A stretch of DNA of 64,000 nt, from the IMG/VR virus record IMGVR_UViG_3300022698_000267, positions 124,001 to 188,000 of that record. One strand, written 5' to 3'. How positions within the stretch are numbered: position 1 is the first letter of the stretch; every line of letters begins with the position of its first letter. A program made the translations under genes and the position numbers. This document shows, in pieces, positions 17,212 through 27,028 of the stretch. The notes below the pieces were generated by a model. That model did no database searches and was not told the DNA's origin. It was given only the letters and a program-made list of their open reading frames with translations.

Positions 17212-17417
17212 TAATACTAAAAGGGTTTTGTATGAGCACATTAGATCCTTTCTTACGTTTGGCAGAAGATTCTTTATACATGTTAAGAGATCGATCTAGA
17301 TTGGGAGTAGATATGATGAACATACGAACTGACTCACCTACACATAAGAAAAACATTAAGAAGAAATGCAAACGGAAGATTGTTAAAGCATCACGAAGAA
17401 GGAATCGTTAACTAAAT

Positions 17418-17494
17418 GGGTCGCGTAGCTCAGTTGGGAGAGCGTCTGCCCTGCAAGCAGAAGGTCCCGGGTTCGAGCCCCGGCCGATCCACCA
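17418..17494 (+). tRNA. tRNA-Ala(TGC), C33
   Basis: G3-U70 pair, loop CC-TGC-AA, CCA; one-base bulge in the acceptor stem. Confidence 0.88.
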
Positions 17495-17513
17495 TCAAAA
17501 AAAGGATAAGATT

Positions 17514-17954
17514 ATGGGTATTAAAAGAATTTTATTTCTACCAATCTTATTCCTGTCTTTAGTACTTCCCTTCAAAGTTTATTCTGCAGATTCCATATAT
17601 GTTACTGGTTCTCATGAATTTGAACCATTAGATTACATAACCTACTTTGGAACAACAGACAAGACAATTACAATGGCATGGGATGCAGCAGAAAATGCGG
17701 TAAAATACGATATTCGTTTGTATCATGTAGAACAACATGTTTATCTTAAGTATGGATATGTAGAAGGTTTACAAGTTTCTTTAAAACTTCCAAAGACAGG
17801 ACACTATATTCCTGAGATAAGATCGGTTGGAACTACTGATGATCAGGTAAGTGAATGGGTAACTTCATTGACAGCGGGTACTGTCAATGGAGAGTTAAAA
17901 CCCTGGTGGCTTTATGGTTACGTAGCACCACCAGGACCAATAATCATTAATTAG
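17514..17954 (+). CDS. secreted fibronectin-type-III-like protein
   Basis: Signal peptide; TMAWDAAENAVKYDI..Y.PEIRSV pattern. Confidence 0.55.
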   Translation: MGIKRILFLPILFLSLVLPFKVYSADSIYVTGSHEFEPLDYITYFGTTDKTITMAWDAAENAVKYDIRLYHVEQHVYLKYGYVEGLQVSLKLPKTGHYIPEIRSVGTTDDQVSEWVTSLTAGTVNGELKPWWLYGYVAPPGPIIIN

Positions 17955-17967
17955 GGAGGGTATTAAC

Positions 17968-18300
17968 ATGGCAATAGTAAAGAAAGTAACATTATCATTT
18001 CCACCTTCAGGATCACCGGATGTTGTTGGTTATAATCTATACATCGTACCGGTCCCAGAGGTAGTGGATGAAACTGGTGCAGATGGGAATTACATTGCAA
18101 ATCCTTATGATTTGGGGAACACAACAAGTGTAGATTTGTCAACAATTCCAGGTATGACTACCAATGATGGGACTTACAACATTGGTGTAACAGCGGTTGA
18201 TGATGCCGGCAATGAATCGTCAATGTCTGTAACAACAAATGTCCCTTTAGATTTTGCTGCCCCAGATGCCCCAGGCGAGCTTGTCATAACAAGGTCGTAA
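17968..18300 (+). CDS. fibronectin-type-III-like protein
   Basis: VVGYNLY..YNIGVTAVDDAGNES..APDAPG. Confidence 0.65.
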   Translation: MAIVKKVTLSFPPSGSPDVVGYNLYIVPVPEVVDETGADGNYIANPYDLGNTTSVDLSTIPGMTTNDGTYNIGVTAVDDAGNESSMSVTTNVPLDFAAPDAPGELVITRS

Positions 18301-18459
18301 ATAAAGTTCTGGGAGTGTTTTGCAGCATATCTCATTTCATGGGGTTCTGTAAAAGGTAAAGAAAGAACAATCTACTAAAATATCAGTATATGGCCGGATT
18401 AGGTCCGAGTAAAATCCCTTTCCTCCACCTAATCTGGCCATTTTAACTAAGGGAACAAA

Positions 18460-18957
18460 ATGGATCTTTTAGAAACTCTTGAATTTATTAAAGAGGCTCA
18501 TAAGGGACAGGTAGATAAAGCAGGTAAACCTTATTGGAAACATCCATATTCCGTTAGAATTCTTCTTGGTCCTAATGCAACGTTCGAAGAACAACAATTA
18601 GCTTTGTTACATGATATTCTGGAAGATACGAAATGGACTGCAGAAGATTTGCTAACTCATGGTATTTCAAAAGAAGTTGTAGAAGCTCTAATTATCATCA
18701 GTAAACCTGAGGAAATGACTTTAACATACATGGATTGGATTCGCAGTATCATAGATACTAACAACGAATTAGCTATAAAAGTAAAGTATGCAGACCTTAT
18801 GCATAATTCATTTCCTTGGAGAATTGAACAATTGCCTGTAGAAGAACAGAGTATTGCTAAGCGTTACGATAGAGCGAAGAAGTTAATTGATAAATGGATA
18901 ATAAGTAATAACAATCAAGATCCTGGTTGGAATTATTTATTGGATGTGACTGTGTAG
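18460..18957 (+). CDS. HD-domain hydrolase, RelA/SpoT-hydrolase (Mesh1/SAH)-like
   Basis: AHKGQVDKAGKPYWKHP, LLHDILEDT, VKYADLMHN. Confidence 0.85.
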   Translation: MDLLETLEFIKEAHKGQVDKAGKPYWKHPYSVRILLGPNATFEEQQLALLHDILEDTKWTAEDLLTHGISKEVVEALIIISKPEEMTLTYMDWIRSIIDTNNELAIKVKYADLMHNSFPWRIEQLPVEEQSIAKRYDRAKKLIDKWIISNNNQDPGWNYLLDVTV

Positions 18958-19033
18958 GGCCTGTAGCTCAGTTGGCTAGAGCCCCCGGCTCATAACCGGA
19001 TGGTCAAAGGTTCGAATCCTTTCAGGCCCACCA
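18957..19033 (+). tRNA. tRNA(CAT), probably Ile2
   Basis: GGGCCTG acceptor, CCGG-CT-CAT-AA-CCGG arm resembling lysidine-modified Ile2, CCA. Confidence 0.85.
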
Positions 19034-19052
19034 AAATAAATTCAAATAGTAC

Positions 19053-19081
19053 TTGACAAATCCTCTCATTTATACTATAAT
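19053..19081 (+). promoter_or_regulatory. sigma70-type promoter (copy 15)
   Basis: TTGACA-17-TATAAT. Confidence 0.85.
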
Positions 19082-19120
19082 AGATAGTACGATAAGAGGA
19101 TTTTTCATGAGGGGACTAAA

Positions 19121-19732
19121 ATGGATCAATTGAAAGTAGATGAATTAAAGACAGTCGAAACTTACCGGAAAGACAAATGTGCATGGTTTTGTTCGAAAAG
19201 AGATCCTTACTGGGAACTATCGAATATTGCTGCAATACCGGTTGTTTTTGGAGCAATAACGTGTAATTCTTCGGAACAACTTTATCAGGCTACCAAATAT
19301 GACTGGGATGTTGAATGTCTTCCCGAAGATGCTAAACCTGGAACTGATCCTAATGTGAAAAGAAGGATTCTGGCGGCGAAAAATGCTATGGGTTCTAAGA
19401 TGACACAGAAGTGTGCTGTAAAAGCTGGTCTAGTTCGGAGGGATTGGTATGCTCCAGAAGAGATGAGAATACATACAATGCTTTGGGTCCTGGAATTAAA
19501 ATTGTGGAATAACAAAGATACGTTTGGAGCGGTCCTTAAAAGCACTGGTGATTTGCCAATCGTTGAGAAGTCTCGTAAGGATAATTTCTGGGGAGCTATT
19601 CCTATGGGTATAGGGAATATGATTGGTTGTAACATATTGGGTAAACTTCTAACTATTTTGCGTGACGAAAAATTTGATAAAGTTTTGAAAGGCACTTTTA
19701 CTTACCCAATGGACGGTCTTTTTCTCCTGTAA
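19121..19732 (+). CDS. NADAR (YbiA/DUF1768) family protein
   Basis: LSN..SSEQLYQATKY, LKSTGD.PIVEKS.KDNFWG, GCNILGKLL. Confidence 0.85.
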   Translation: MDQLKVDELKTVETYRKDKCAWFCSKRDPYWELSNIAAIPVVFGAITCNSSEQLYQATKYDWDVECLPEDAKPGTDPNVKRRILAAKNAMGSKMTQKCAVKAGLVRRDWYAPEEMRIHTMLWVLELKLWNNKDTFGAVLKSTGDLPIVEKSRKDNFWGAIPMGIGNMIGCNILGKLLTILRDEKFDKVLKGTFTYPMDGLFLL

Positions 19733-19760
19733 AATAATTTAAAAAAGTTGTAAATAATAC

Positions 19761-19789
19761 TTGACAAAACCTCTAAAATCTGTTATACT
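19761..19789 (+). promoter_or_regulatory. sigma70-type promoter (copy 16)
   Basis: TTGACA-17-TATACT. Confidence 0.85.
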
Positions 19790-20064
19790 ACCTTTAAGAC
19801 GTTGGGGAGAACATTTAAATAAGGGGATAGAATGAGATACGATACTTGGGAAGAAAAACGGTTGGATGAAGAAATTGATCGTGAATGGTGGGAGAAAATG
19901 AAAGAAAATGTGAGAAAAGAGAAGGAGAAAAAAGAGAAGTAGTTATATGGGGGGTTCGCCCCCCAATTAAATCGTTAACTATAAGAACAAAGAAAGGGGG
20001 GGCTTATTATGCGCTATTGCTAAATTCTTCTAACTAAATGAACAAAATACTAAAACATAAAGTG

Positions 20065-20221
20065 TATGGGGCATAAGACCCCCGCTTTGCCGGCCAGCGC
20101 CCCTGGAACAGAATAAGATCGGGCGCCTAATGACCGGCCTGCCGGCCTAGTTGGGATGGGCCAATAATACATCCCCTTTTAATACATAGATATGGGCCTC
20201 AACGGGGGTGGGCACCCCATA
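20065..20221 (+). ncRNA. candidate GC-rich structured ncRNA (about 157 nt)
   Basis: TATGGGG/CCCCATA and ACCCCCG/CGGGGGT closing stems; arms GCGCCC/GGGCGC and GGGATG/CATCCC. Confidence 0.6.
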
Positions 20222-20350
20222 GATTAAACTAGTGGGCCGGGAGGTGCCAATGCTAAAAGTGACTTTAAAAAGCGCTTGCTTGCATATCAGGCGCTGAGAC
20301 ATAAATGTTTAAATATGCATTTACGTTATTATAAAAGTTCGCTTATCACA

Positions 20351-20398
20351 GAGAAAAGAAAGGGGTGCCGGCAAGGTCGACACCCCTTTTTCTTTCTC
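20351..20398. terminator. bidirectional intrinsic terminator-like hairpin
   Basis: GAGAAAAGAAAGGGGTG..CACCCCTTTTTCTTTCTC. Confidence 0.7.
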
Positions 20399-20413
20399 GA
20401 CAAAACATTATGT

Positions 20414-20953
20414 ATGTTAACAAGACAAGTAAAAGATCGTTACCCTTATGGTGCTCCTAATCCTAAACCACTTCCACAATGGTTTTATAAACTGGATCTG
20501 GACCGTTTTAACATCCTTGTTCGTAAACCTGTTGATGTTGTTAACTTTGTGATCGAACATATGATATATACTACGGATCAAGAAGCTCATCAAGTTCCTG
20601 AGTATTGGTTACAAAGTCCAGAAGATATATACACATGGTTATTTGATAAGAGAATGGATGATTGTGATGGTTCAGCTATTACAGTGGCAAGTATATTGTA
20701 TAGTCTTGGTAACCCTCACGTTCGTTTGGCATTAGGATATTATGGAAACGATGCTTATGCTAATACAAAAGTATTTCAGATGAACCATGCTTATTGTTTA
20801 CTAGAGATTGGTCCTAGTAAATACAAATTATTAGATGCAGTAGGTGATAGACCTGTAGAGTGGTTAGAGGACATTGATTTTTGCCCTCTTTACCATACAA
20901 TGATCAGTGCATCGGCAGATGGTAGAGTTTGGTATCATAATTCTTGGGTGTGA
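20414..20953 (+). CDS. transglutaminase-like cysteine protease fold protein
   Basis: DDCDGSAIT, NHAYC and LLDA give a plausible C-H-D triad. Confidence 0.65.
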   Translation: MLTRQVKDRYPYGAPNPKPLPQWFYKLDLDRFNILVRKPVDVVNFVIEHMIYTTDQEAHQVPEYWLQSPEDIYTWLFDKRMDDCDGSAITVASILYSLGNPHVRLALGYYGNDAYANTKVFQMNHAYCLLEIGPSKYKLLDAVGDRPVEWLEDIDFCPLYHTMISASADGRVWYHNSWV

Positions 20954-20955
20954 TA

Positions 20956-21150
20956 ATGAAAAGATTTATACTTGTCCTCTCATTCCTGTTCTTAGTTAGT
21001 TGTGCTAGCAGTACTGGTGTTGCTAATAGGGATATTGGTAAGATTCAGAGTCAGTTGGTTACTTTAACCGTCGAGTGTGAAAAAGGTTATCAACCTTCCT
21101 GTGATAAAATACCCTCCAAAAAGCAAGAACTTCAAAAATTACTTCAATAA
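20956..21150 (+). CDS. small lipoprotein
   Basis: MKRFILVLSFLFLVSC lipobox-like signal. Confidence 0.6.
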   Translation: MKRFILVLSFLFLVSCASSTGVANRDIGKIQSQLVTLTVECEKGYQPSCDKIPSKKQELQKLLQ

Positions 21151-21154
21151 GTAC

Positions 21155-21183
21155 TTGACATTTTCTCTACAATCCTATATAAT
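21155..21183 (+). promoter_or_regulatory. sigma70-type promoter (copy 17)
   Basis: TTGACA-17-TATAAT. Confidence 0.85.
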
Positions 21184-21189
21184 AGATAT

Positions 21190-21453
21190 ATGATATGGGA
21201 TAGAGCACAAGCAAAACAATATTTAAAGTCAATAGAATCTTTACTGCTTTCTCAAGGATATACAGCGGAAGTGGTTGGTTCAGTGGATAAAATCGGACAT
21301 TCAGACCATGATTTAGATATTCTTCTGATTCCGGTTAGAGAAGATTACACTTTCGAATATCTGTATGAGTTTTGGAAAGGTGATTTTTTTGGTTCTTGTT
21401 ATACAATGGCTGATGATCAAGGAAGAATGATAGATATATTCTTCGAGGAGTAG
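21190..21453 (+). CDS. minimal nucleotidyltransferase (Pol beta superfamily), apparently leaderless
   Basis: VVGSV..GHSDHDLDILL; ATG 6 nt after the -10 element. Confidence 0.6.
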   Translation: MIWDRAQAKQYLKSIESLLLSQGYTAEVVGSVDKIGHSDHDLDILLIPVREDYTFEYLYEFWKGDFFGSCYTMADDQGRMIDIFFEE

Positions 21454-21586
21454 ATATTATGGGAAAAAAGAAAGATAAATCATATAAAATACTAAAAGTA
21501 AGGGGACAGTTGTTACCACCAAATAAGGCCCATAAATCTAAGAAGGTTTATGATAGAAAGAAGTTAAAGTCATTCAATTAACAGGA

Positions 21587-22198
21587 GTGAACAAAATGTC
21601 TTATTGGGAAGCTATTAAGAATTTTTGGAATAATGTTTTGGGTGTAAAAGAGGAATTCTATTCAGTAGATGCATTAGATCAACTTACTAAAGAGCTTGAT
21701 GTGCCTGATTCAGAGGTAAAAACGTTACGTTCTAATCTTTCAAGCTATCTGAGTAGACTTGAAAAGAAAGGTATTTGTGAAGTGCAAAGAAACGCCTCTA
21801 GAAGGAATTTTGTTTTCAAAAAATTGGCTAACGACGACAATTTGAGAGGTAAGAGAACGCACAGAAAAATAAATAAAAAGGCAAATAAAAAGATCATACA
21901 TGTATATGAACCCATACAAAAGGAAGAAGCTGATTTAACAGATGTAACAGCTTTGGAGCTTGGAAATTCTATAATCTCCCTCATTAAAAATTTTGAGAGG
22001 CGTTTAAAAGCAAAGGACGCTGAGTTATCTGCTCGTTCTGAGGAGATTCGAGATCTTGTTGAGCGTAACAGTGATTTGGAAAGACAAGTTCGAAAGTGCA
22101 AAGAACGTATTCTGGAATTAAATAACAGTAACATGAAAAAGACTGGGAAAACTATTAATCTACATGCTTTGCAACAGATAGTAAAAGGAGCAAGTTAA
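21587..22198 (+). CDS. hypothetical protein, possible winged-HTH plus coiled coil
   Basis: LSSYLSRLEKKGICEV helix-wing pattern; heptad C-terminus. Confidence 0.55.
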   Translation: MNKMSYWEAIKNFWNNVLGVKEEFYSVDALDQLTKELDVPDSEVKTLRSNLSSYLSRLEKKGICEVQRNASRRNFVFKKLANDDNLRGKRTHRKINKKANKKIIHVYEPIQKEEADLTDVTALELGNSIISLIKNFERRLKAKDAELSARSEEIRDLVERNSDLERQVRKCKERILELNNSNMKKTGKTINLHALQQIVKGAS

Positions 22199-22671
22199 TG
22201 GTCTTGAAGAAGATTGTGTCTGGCGGTCAGACCGGTGCAGATAGGGCAGGACTGGATGTTGCAATAGACAATGACATTCCTCATGGTGGGTGGATTCCTA
22301 AAGGCAGAAGGACTGAAGAAGGTCCTTTAGACCCAAAATATAACCTCCAACAGACGAATTCCAGGGATTGGAAGCCAAGAACGGAAAGAAACTTAAGACT
22401 TTCAGATGGCACTATTATCTTAACATATGGACCAATACAAAAGAGGGGTGGTACCGCTTTAACGGTAAGACTTTGTGAGCAATTTAAAAAGCCTTGTCTT
22501 TATGTCGATATGAATACCGATGAGGTTGTTGAAGAAGACATTACCAAATGGTTACAAGATAATAATATCGAGGTGTTAAATGTAGCTGGTCCAAGGGCTA
22601 GTAAAGAACCAAATGTTTATCATGATGCATATGATATGTTAGAAACAGTTGTTAAAACATTGAAAAAATAA
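22198..22671 (+). CDS. putative molybdenum-carrier / SLOG family protein
   Basis: KIVSGGQTGADRAGLD, HGGWIPKGR, RTERN...SDGT, LNVAGPRASK. Confidence 0.9.
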   Translation: MVLKKIVSGGQTGADRAGLDVAIDNDIPHGGWIPKGRRTEEGPLDPKYNLQQTNSRDWKPRTERNLRLSDGTIILTYGPIQKRGGTALTVRLCEQFKKPCLYVDMNTDEVVEEDITKWLQDNNIEVLNVAGPRASKEPNVYHDAYDMLETVVKTLKK

Positions 22672-22797
22672 ACAGGGAGATTCGTCGGGCCCAAGATCAT
22701 GATGACGGTCTCCACAATGTAGGATTGGCCTTGTCCTACATGACCAAAAGCGACGATGCTGCTCCCATCGTCGCTTTTATTTTAAGGAGGATTTAAA

Positions 22798-23253
22798 ATG
22801 CCAGAAGAAGAAATTAACATAACAGAAGTAGCAAGTGAAAGTCTAAATTCAGGTTACGAAATGTATGTTCGAATAACTGATAATACTATGCTATACAAGG
22901 TCTTAGAAGACCATCTATCCTTGGAAGAAGTAAAATTGACCCCTGTATTCATTGTACATGATGCAAAAAGTTACGCACAGACAGTAAGGGCATGTATGAA
23001 GAAACTGAAGGAAGGTTGGACAGATGAAGATTTAGAAGCATACGAACGTAGAGGATTAAATCCTCCTACTACTTTAGAGGAATTCCTTGCAGAGATATAT
23101 GACATCACAGTCCCTTATTGGATGATAGAGGCAGTAGACATATCTATGTCCGGAGTTATGAATATAGATGACCCCTTTATAATTAGAAAAAAACTTTCTG
23201 AAGAAAATATTCCTTCAAACTATACTTTTATTACTGTCGATTCTCGATTATAA
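22798..23253 (+). CDS. hypothetical protein
   Basis: AAGGAGG RBS. Confidence 0.7.
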   Translation: MPEEEINITEVASESLNSGYEMYVRITDNTMLYKVLEDHLSLEEVKLTPVFIVHDAKSYAQTVRACMKKLKEGWTDEDLEAYERRGLNPPTTLEEFLAEIYDITVPYWMIEAVDISMSGVMNIDDPFIIRKKLSEENIPSNYTFITVDSRL

Positions 23254-23286
23254 ATACTAAAAGTATAGAAAATAGGAGGGTACTTA

Positions 23287-23754
23287 ATGCGTTGTAACGT
23301 AGGGATTAATCCAAAATATCTATTAGATCAGCATCTTATAGCTGAGTATAGAGAACTCCCAATGGTTGTTGTATCTTTACGAAAGAACGGTTGGTATATA
23401 AAAGGGAATGTTCCAGATACCTTTGGATTGGGGGAAGGACATATCAACTTTTTTAAAGTACGATTACGATATCTTTGTCGTAGACATGATGAAATAGTAA
23501 AAGAATGCTTCTCCAGAAATTTTAATTGTACAGCATTATCAATGTCTCCACTTTTCTATCCAGTTGGTTATTGTAAGAATTGGCTTCCAACTATTGATGA
23601 TTCTATGATAATTAGGAAACGTGTAGTAGAGAAAATTGAACAAAGAAATGAAAAAACACCTGGATTCTGGCGGCATTATAGTTGTAAATTATCAGATAGT
23701 GAGTTAGAAAAAGCAAAAGAGAGAATACTAGAAGGAGACTTATTTTATGTCTGA
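23287..23754 (+). CDS. denV: pyrimidine-dimer DNA glycosylase / endonuclease V-like
   Basis: MR.N..INP..L.DQHL.AEYRELP, FGLGEGHINFF. Confidence 0.85.
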   Translation: MRCNVGINPKYLLDQHLIAEYRELPMVVVSLRKNGWYIKGNVPDTFGLGEGHINFFKVRLRYLCRRHDEIVKECFSRNFNCTALSMSPLFYPVGYCKNWLPTIDDSMIIRKRVVEKIEQRNEKTPGFWRHYSCKLSDSELEKAKERILEGDLFYV

Positions 23755-24348
23755 TCAATTAGGTCCTTTGGAAGAAGCATGGTTGCAGTTTAATAAAGAT
23801 AATGATTTTTCTATTGAATGTGCTGAATGTTTTGAAGAAGGTTTCAAGGCAGCTTTAAACGATAAATTACGATTTCATTCTTCCTATTCTGGTTTTATTT
23901 CCACTTTAATAGTGGAGTTTGATATAGAGTTACAAAAGAAGACTGGTTGGGGTAGGAATGAGATAAAAGATAGATTTCAGAAGTGTTTAATTAGGGCATT
24001 GACAAAGACTTTAGACAGAGAAAAGGAGTAATGATGGATACTTCAAGTGTGCCTATCATAAAACTTGAGTTAGAGGGTATGAAGCACAGAATTATGACTC
24101 ATCTTGGTGTTCATGGAAGTGAACTTGGTGACATAATTAATGCTGGTATAGATAGAGCAATCAAATCTTATGACTTCGATGATAAGGTACTTTCTACAGT
24201 TCATGAGGTCTTGAATACAGAGATTGACAACTTTCTTAAATATGGTGGTGGTAGAGTTGTTATAAGAGAGGCCGTTGCAAAAACTCTTAATGAAGCTTTT
24301 AATATCTCTTCTAAACCAGATGAACCAAAACCACCAGATTCAGAATAA
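23747..24348 (+). CDS. two coupled hypothetical proteins (23747-24031 and 24031-24348)
   Basis: Overlapping start/stop codons, GGAG RBSs. Confidence 0.6.
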
Positions 24349-24363
24349 AGTTGTATATAATAC

Positions 24364-24392
24364 TTGACAAACCAGCTACAATCTATTATAAT
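24364..24392 (+). promoter_or_regulatory. sigma70-type promoter (copy 18)
   Basis: TTGACA-17-TATAAT. Confidence 0.8.
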
Positions 24393-24604
24393 GCATCTAA
24401 TGGTTGATTAATAATGGAGGTGGCAAAATGGATTTTTTAGGGTGGTCAATGCTTTTAGTTTTTATTTTTGGTGGAATAGCACAGTCCTTTCGGCACAATA
24501 AACTTTTGAACAATCTATTCGGTGGATTGGCTTTATTTACAGCTATCCCGGTGGTGATTGTGATAGCTTTACTTTAACATTTAAACCAAAGGAGAGGAGA
24601 GAAG

Positions 24605-25072
24605 ATGAGCAAAGTGGACTACAGTAAGATTCCGGACAGAGAAAAGGCTGCAAGGTTAATGGAGGAGGCTGCTGCAAGGGCTGCAAGGGAGTTGGAGTAT
24701 CAAACCCTCCATGATTCCTTGGCTTTGAATTATCGATATTTTCGCTTTCCAGTCCATTCCAGAAAGGGTAATTGCATACGAACCTGGTGGGTTTCAGTGA
24801 ACTTCGGTTGGAGAGTTGTTGACAGCCATATTGAGTATTCAGTGGCTCTTCAGTCATACAAAGACTTTTTCTCACGACCGAAGGCAAGGAAAGTTATAGA
24901 CGAAAGGTTTCAGATGGGTTTCACTCGTTTGCTTCCAGTCTTCTTCGACAGCAGCAAAGACATTGGTTCTTTACTGGCCTGGCATTACAACAATCTGGAT
25001 AAGAAGAAGAGGAATGAAATCTTTGGCATCGAAGAGGAAATTCCTTCTTATCTATCGAAAATTCCGCTTTAA
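24605..25072 (+). CDS. hypothetical protein
   Basis: GAGGAG RBS, 155 aa. Confidence 0.65.
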   Translation: MSKVDYSKIPDREKAARLMEEAAARAARELEYQTLHDSLALNYRYFRFPVHSRKGNCIRTWWVSVNFGWRVVDSHIEYSVALQSYKDFFSRPKARKVIDERFQMGFTRLLPVFFDSSKDIGSLLAWHYNNLDKKKRNEIFGIEEEIPSYLSKIPL

Positions 25073-25430
25073 CATACAGAACGATGAGTAATATAAAAAC
25101 CAAAACAATTCGAGACGTTAAAGTAGTGTTGTACCTTCCAGAGGATGTTGCTTTATGGTTAAAAGGTATAATGCAGAACCCTTTTTATGGTCAGACTCCT
25201 GATAACGAAAAAGAAATTGATTCAAAAAATAGACATGACCTTTGGGATGCTTTAAACGATTCGTTGCCACATAAAACATAACAATGTTGGGTTCATTTTA
25301 ACCTGTCCATAGTCGATGGTTGAATCGGCTCACCAACTAGTATGTGCGGGTGAATCTCCTTTCTTATCGTTGGGTTCCATTCTGGAGGTTGACTAGTTGC
25401 CTCCCACCTACCAAAAGTTACAAATACTAC

Positions 25431-25459
25431 TTGACTTTTCTTCTAAAATATACTATAAT
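25431..25459 (+). promoter_or_regulatory. sigma70-type promoter (copy 19)
   Basis: TTGACT-17-TATAAT. Confidence 0.8.
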
Positions 25460-25533
25460 TATGTAAAGGAAGAAAGAGCTACTCTTTCTTAACTTATAGA
25501 ACAAATACTAATACTTAGTAATGGAGTAGTAAA

Positions 25534-26151
25534 ATGACAAGAAAGAAAGATCCAAATATCATCAGAGTCGGCGATTTGGTTAAAGTCATGAATCCCCGAG
25601 TATTTGAAAGATGTGGTTATCCCATGTCTTTTGAGGATGCTGTGAAGGAAGTAGAGAACAAGTATGGTGACAAAATCAAAGAATTTATCTACAGTATTGA
25701 AGATGAAGCAAGAACTTACGTAATGGGTTTTACATTAGATAGAAATGAAATAACTAATAATGATCCTACTTTTAATAAGATAGTAAGGGCCTTGGCTTAC
25801 AATTACTTAGGAAGGAAAAAGTTTGGTGGTAGGGAAAGAAAGATTTATACTAAGGAAGTTGGACATCTTCTTCATCGGTTGGTGGTTGTTTGTAAAGTAA
25901 GGTTTGTAAAGACTGGTTTTTATATGCCTGGTGGTGGACCTTACTATTCTTATGAAGATCCTTATCCTGAATATGACCAAGCTTATTTGGATAAAGAAAA
26001 GACCCATAAAATATTGTCTGTTTCCAGCGTCACCAATGGACAATATGATGATTGGAAACATGGAAGACCTGTATCAGATATTGGTTGGTGGGAATTTGAT
26101 ATAGAAGCTGACAATGTAAAGAAGTTGTTTCCTAACAAAGAAGGAGATTAA
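25534..26151 (+). CDS. hypothetical protein
   Basis: GGAG RBS, 205 aa. Confidence 0.7.
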   Translation: MTRKKDPNIIRVGDLVKVMNPRVFERCGYPMSFEDAVKEVENKYGDKIKEFIYSIEDEARTYVMGFTLDRNEITNNDPTFNKIVRALAYNYLGRKKFGGRERKIYTKEVGHLLHRLVVVCKVRFVKTGFYMPGGGPYYSYEDPYPEYDQAYLDKEKTHKILSVSSVTNGQYDDWKHGRPVSDIGWWEFDIEADNVKKLFPNKEGD

Positions 26152-26551
26152 AATGGTTGGAATGTTTGTAACGGCTAAATCATCTCAATTGGGATACCCT
26201 GTTCAAGGTTGGGTAGCAGTAGAAGAACCAGAACTTATTATTGTTGGTATGTCTGGTCATCGGTATCGTTGTGATAAAGGGACAAAGTATGTGGAGGTAG
26301 ACAATCCACCAATTATGCCTCCAAAGGTACAAAGTGTGTTGGATGAATATAGAAATGCCCAGAATGAAGAGGAAGGAAATGTGGTGGGTTTATAAATGTG
26401 AAGACTGTGGAAGACTTTGGATTGATCCAGGTGGTGTTCCATTAAAGTGTTCTAATTGTGCAAGTAAAGACCGAGAACAATTATATGTCATAGAAAATCC
26501 CCGTAAAGAGTTAGAAAAGTATTTAAATGAAGAAAAAGGTTCTAATAATAC

Positions 26552-26580
26552 TTGACAAAGTTCTTCATTTAATATATAAT
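26552..26580 (+). promoter_or_regulatory. sigma70-type promoter (copy 20)
   Basis: TTGACA-17-TATAAT. Confidence 0.85.
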
Positions 26581-26614
26581 GGAAATAAAAGGTTGGGAAA
26601 TGGAGGATAAGATT

Positions 26615-27028
26615 ATGACACAACATAGAGTATTTGTATATGGAACATTGAGGAAAGGTCTTCAATTCAGTGATGCTTTGGTTAATGGTAAATTCGAAGG
26701 TAATGCAGAAACCAAGGAAAAATATGGTTTCGTTTTTCATCACTACCCTGCGGTTCTTCCTTTGCCGGATGATGTTCATGTTAAAGGAGAGATTTATACG
26801 GTCTCTTCGGCTGTTCTGGAATCTTTGGATCGGATCGAAGGTCATCCCCGCTTTTATCGTCGACGTCCTGTGACTGTTGTTAAAGAGAATGGATCGGAAG
26901 ATGTGGCCTGGATGTACTTTTTGGGTTCTGGTGCAAATAAAGCAGAGAGAGTTGGAATTCCAATACCTAATGGCGACTTCGTTCCTTTCTACAACAAGTA
27001 TTTTCGAGATAAAAAGGAAGCAGCATAA
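26615..27028 (+). CDS. gamma-glutamylcyclotransferase (AIG2-like)
   Basis: VFVYGTLRKG, VKGEIY, LDRIEG..FYRR, AWMY. Confidence 0.9.
   Translation: MTQHRVFVYGTLRKGLQFSDALVNGKFEGNAETKEKYGFVFHHYPAVLPLPDDVHVKGEIYTVSSAVLESLDRIEGHPRFYRRRPVTVVKENGSEDVAWMYFLGSGANKAERVGIPIPNGDFVPFYNKYFRDKKEAA

Noticed and set aside
25285-25415. Possible structured RNA upstream of promoter copy 19
   Set aside because: Only short, competing helices were found by eye; not enough support.
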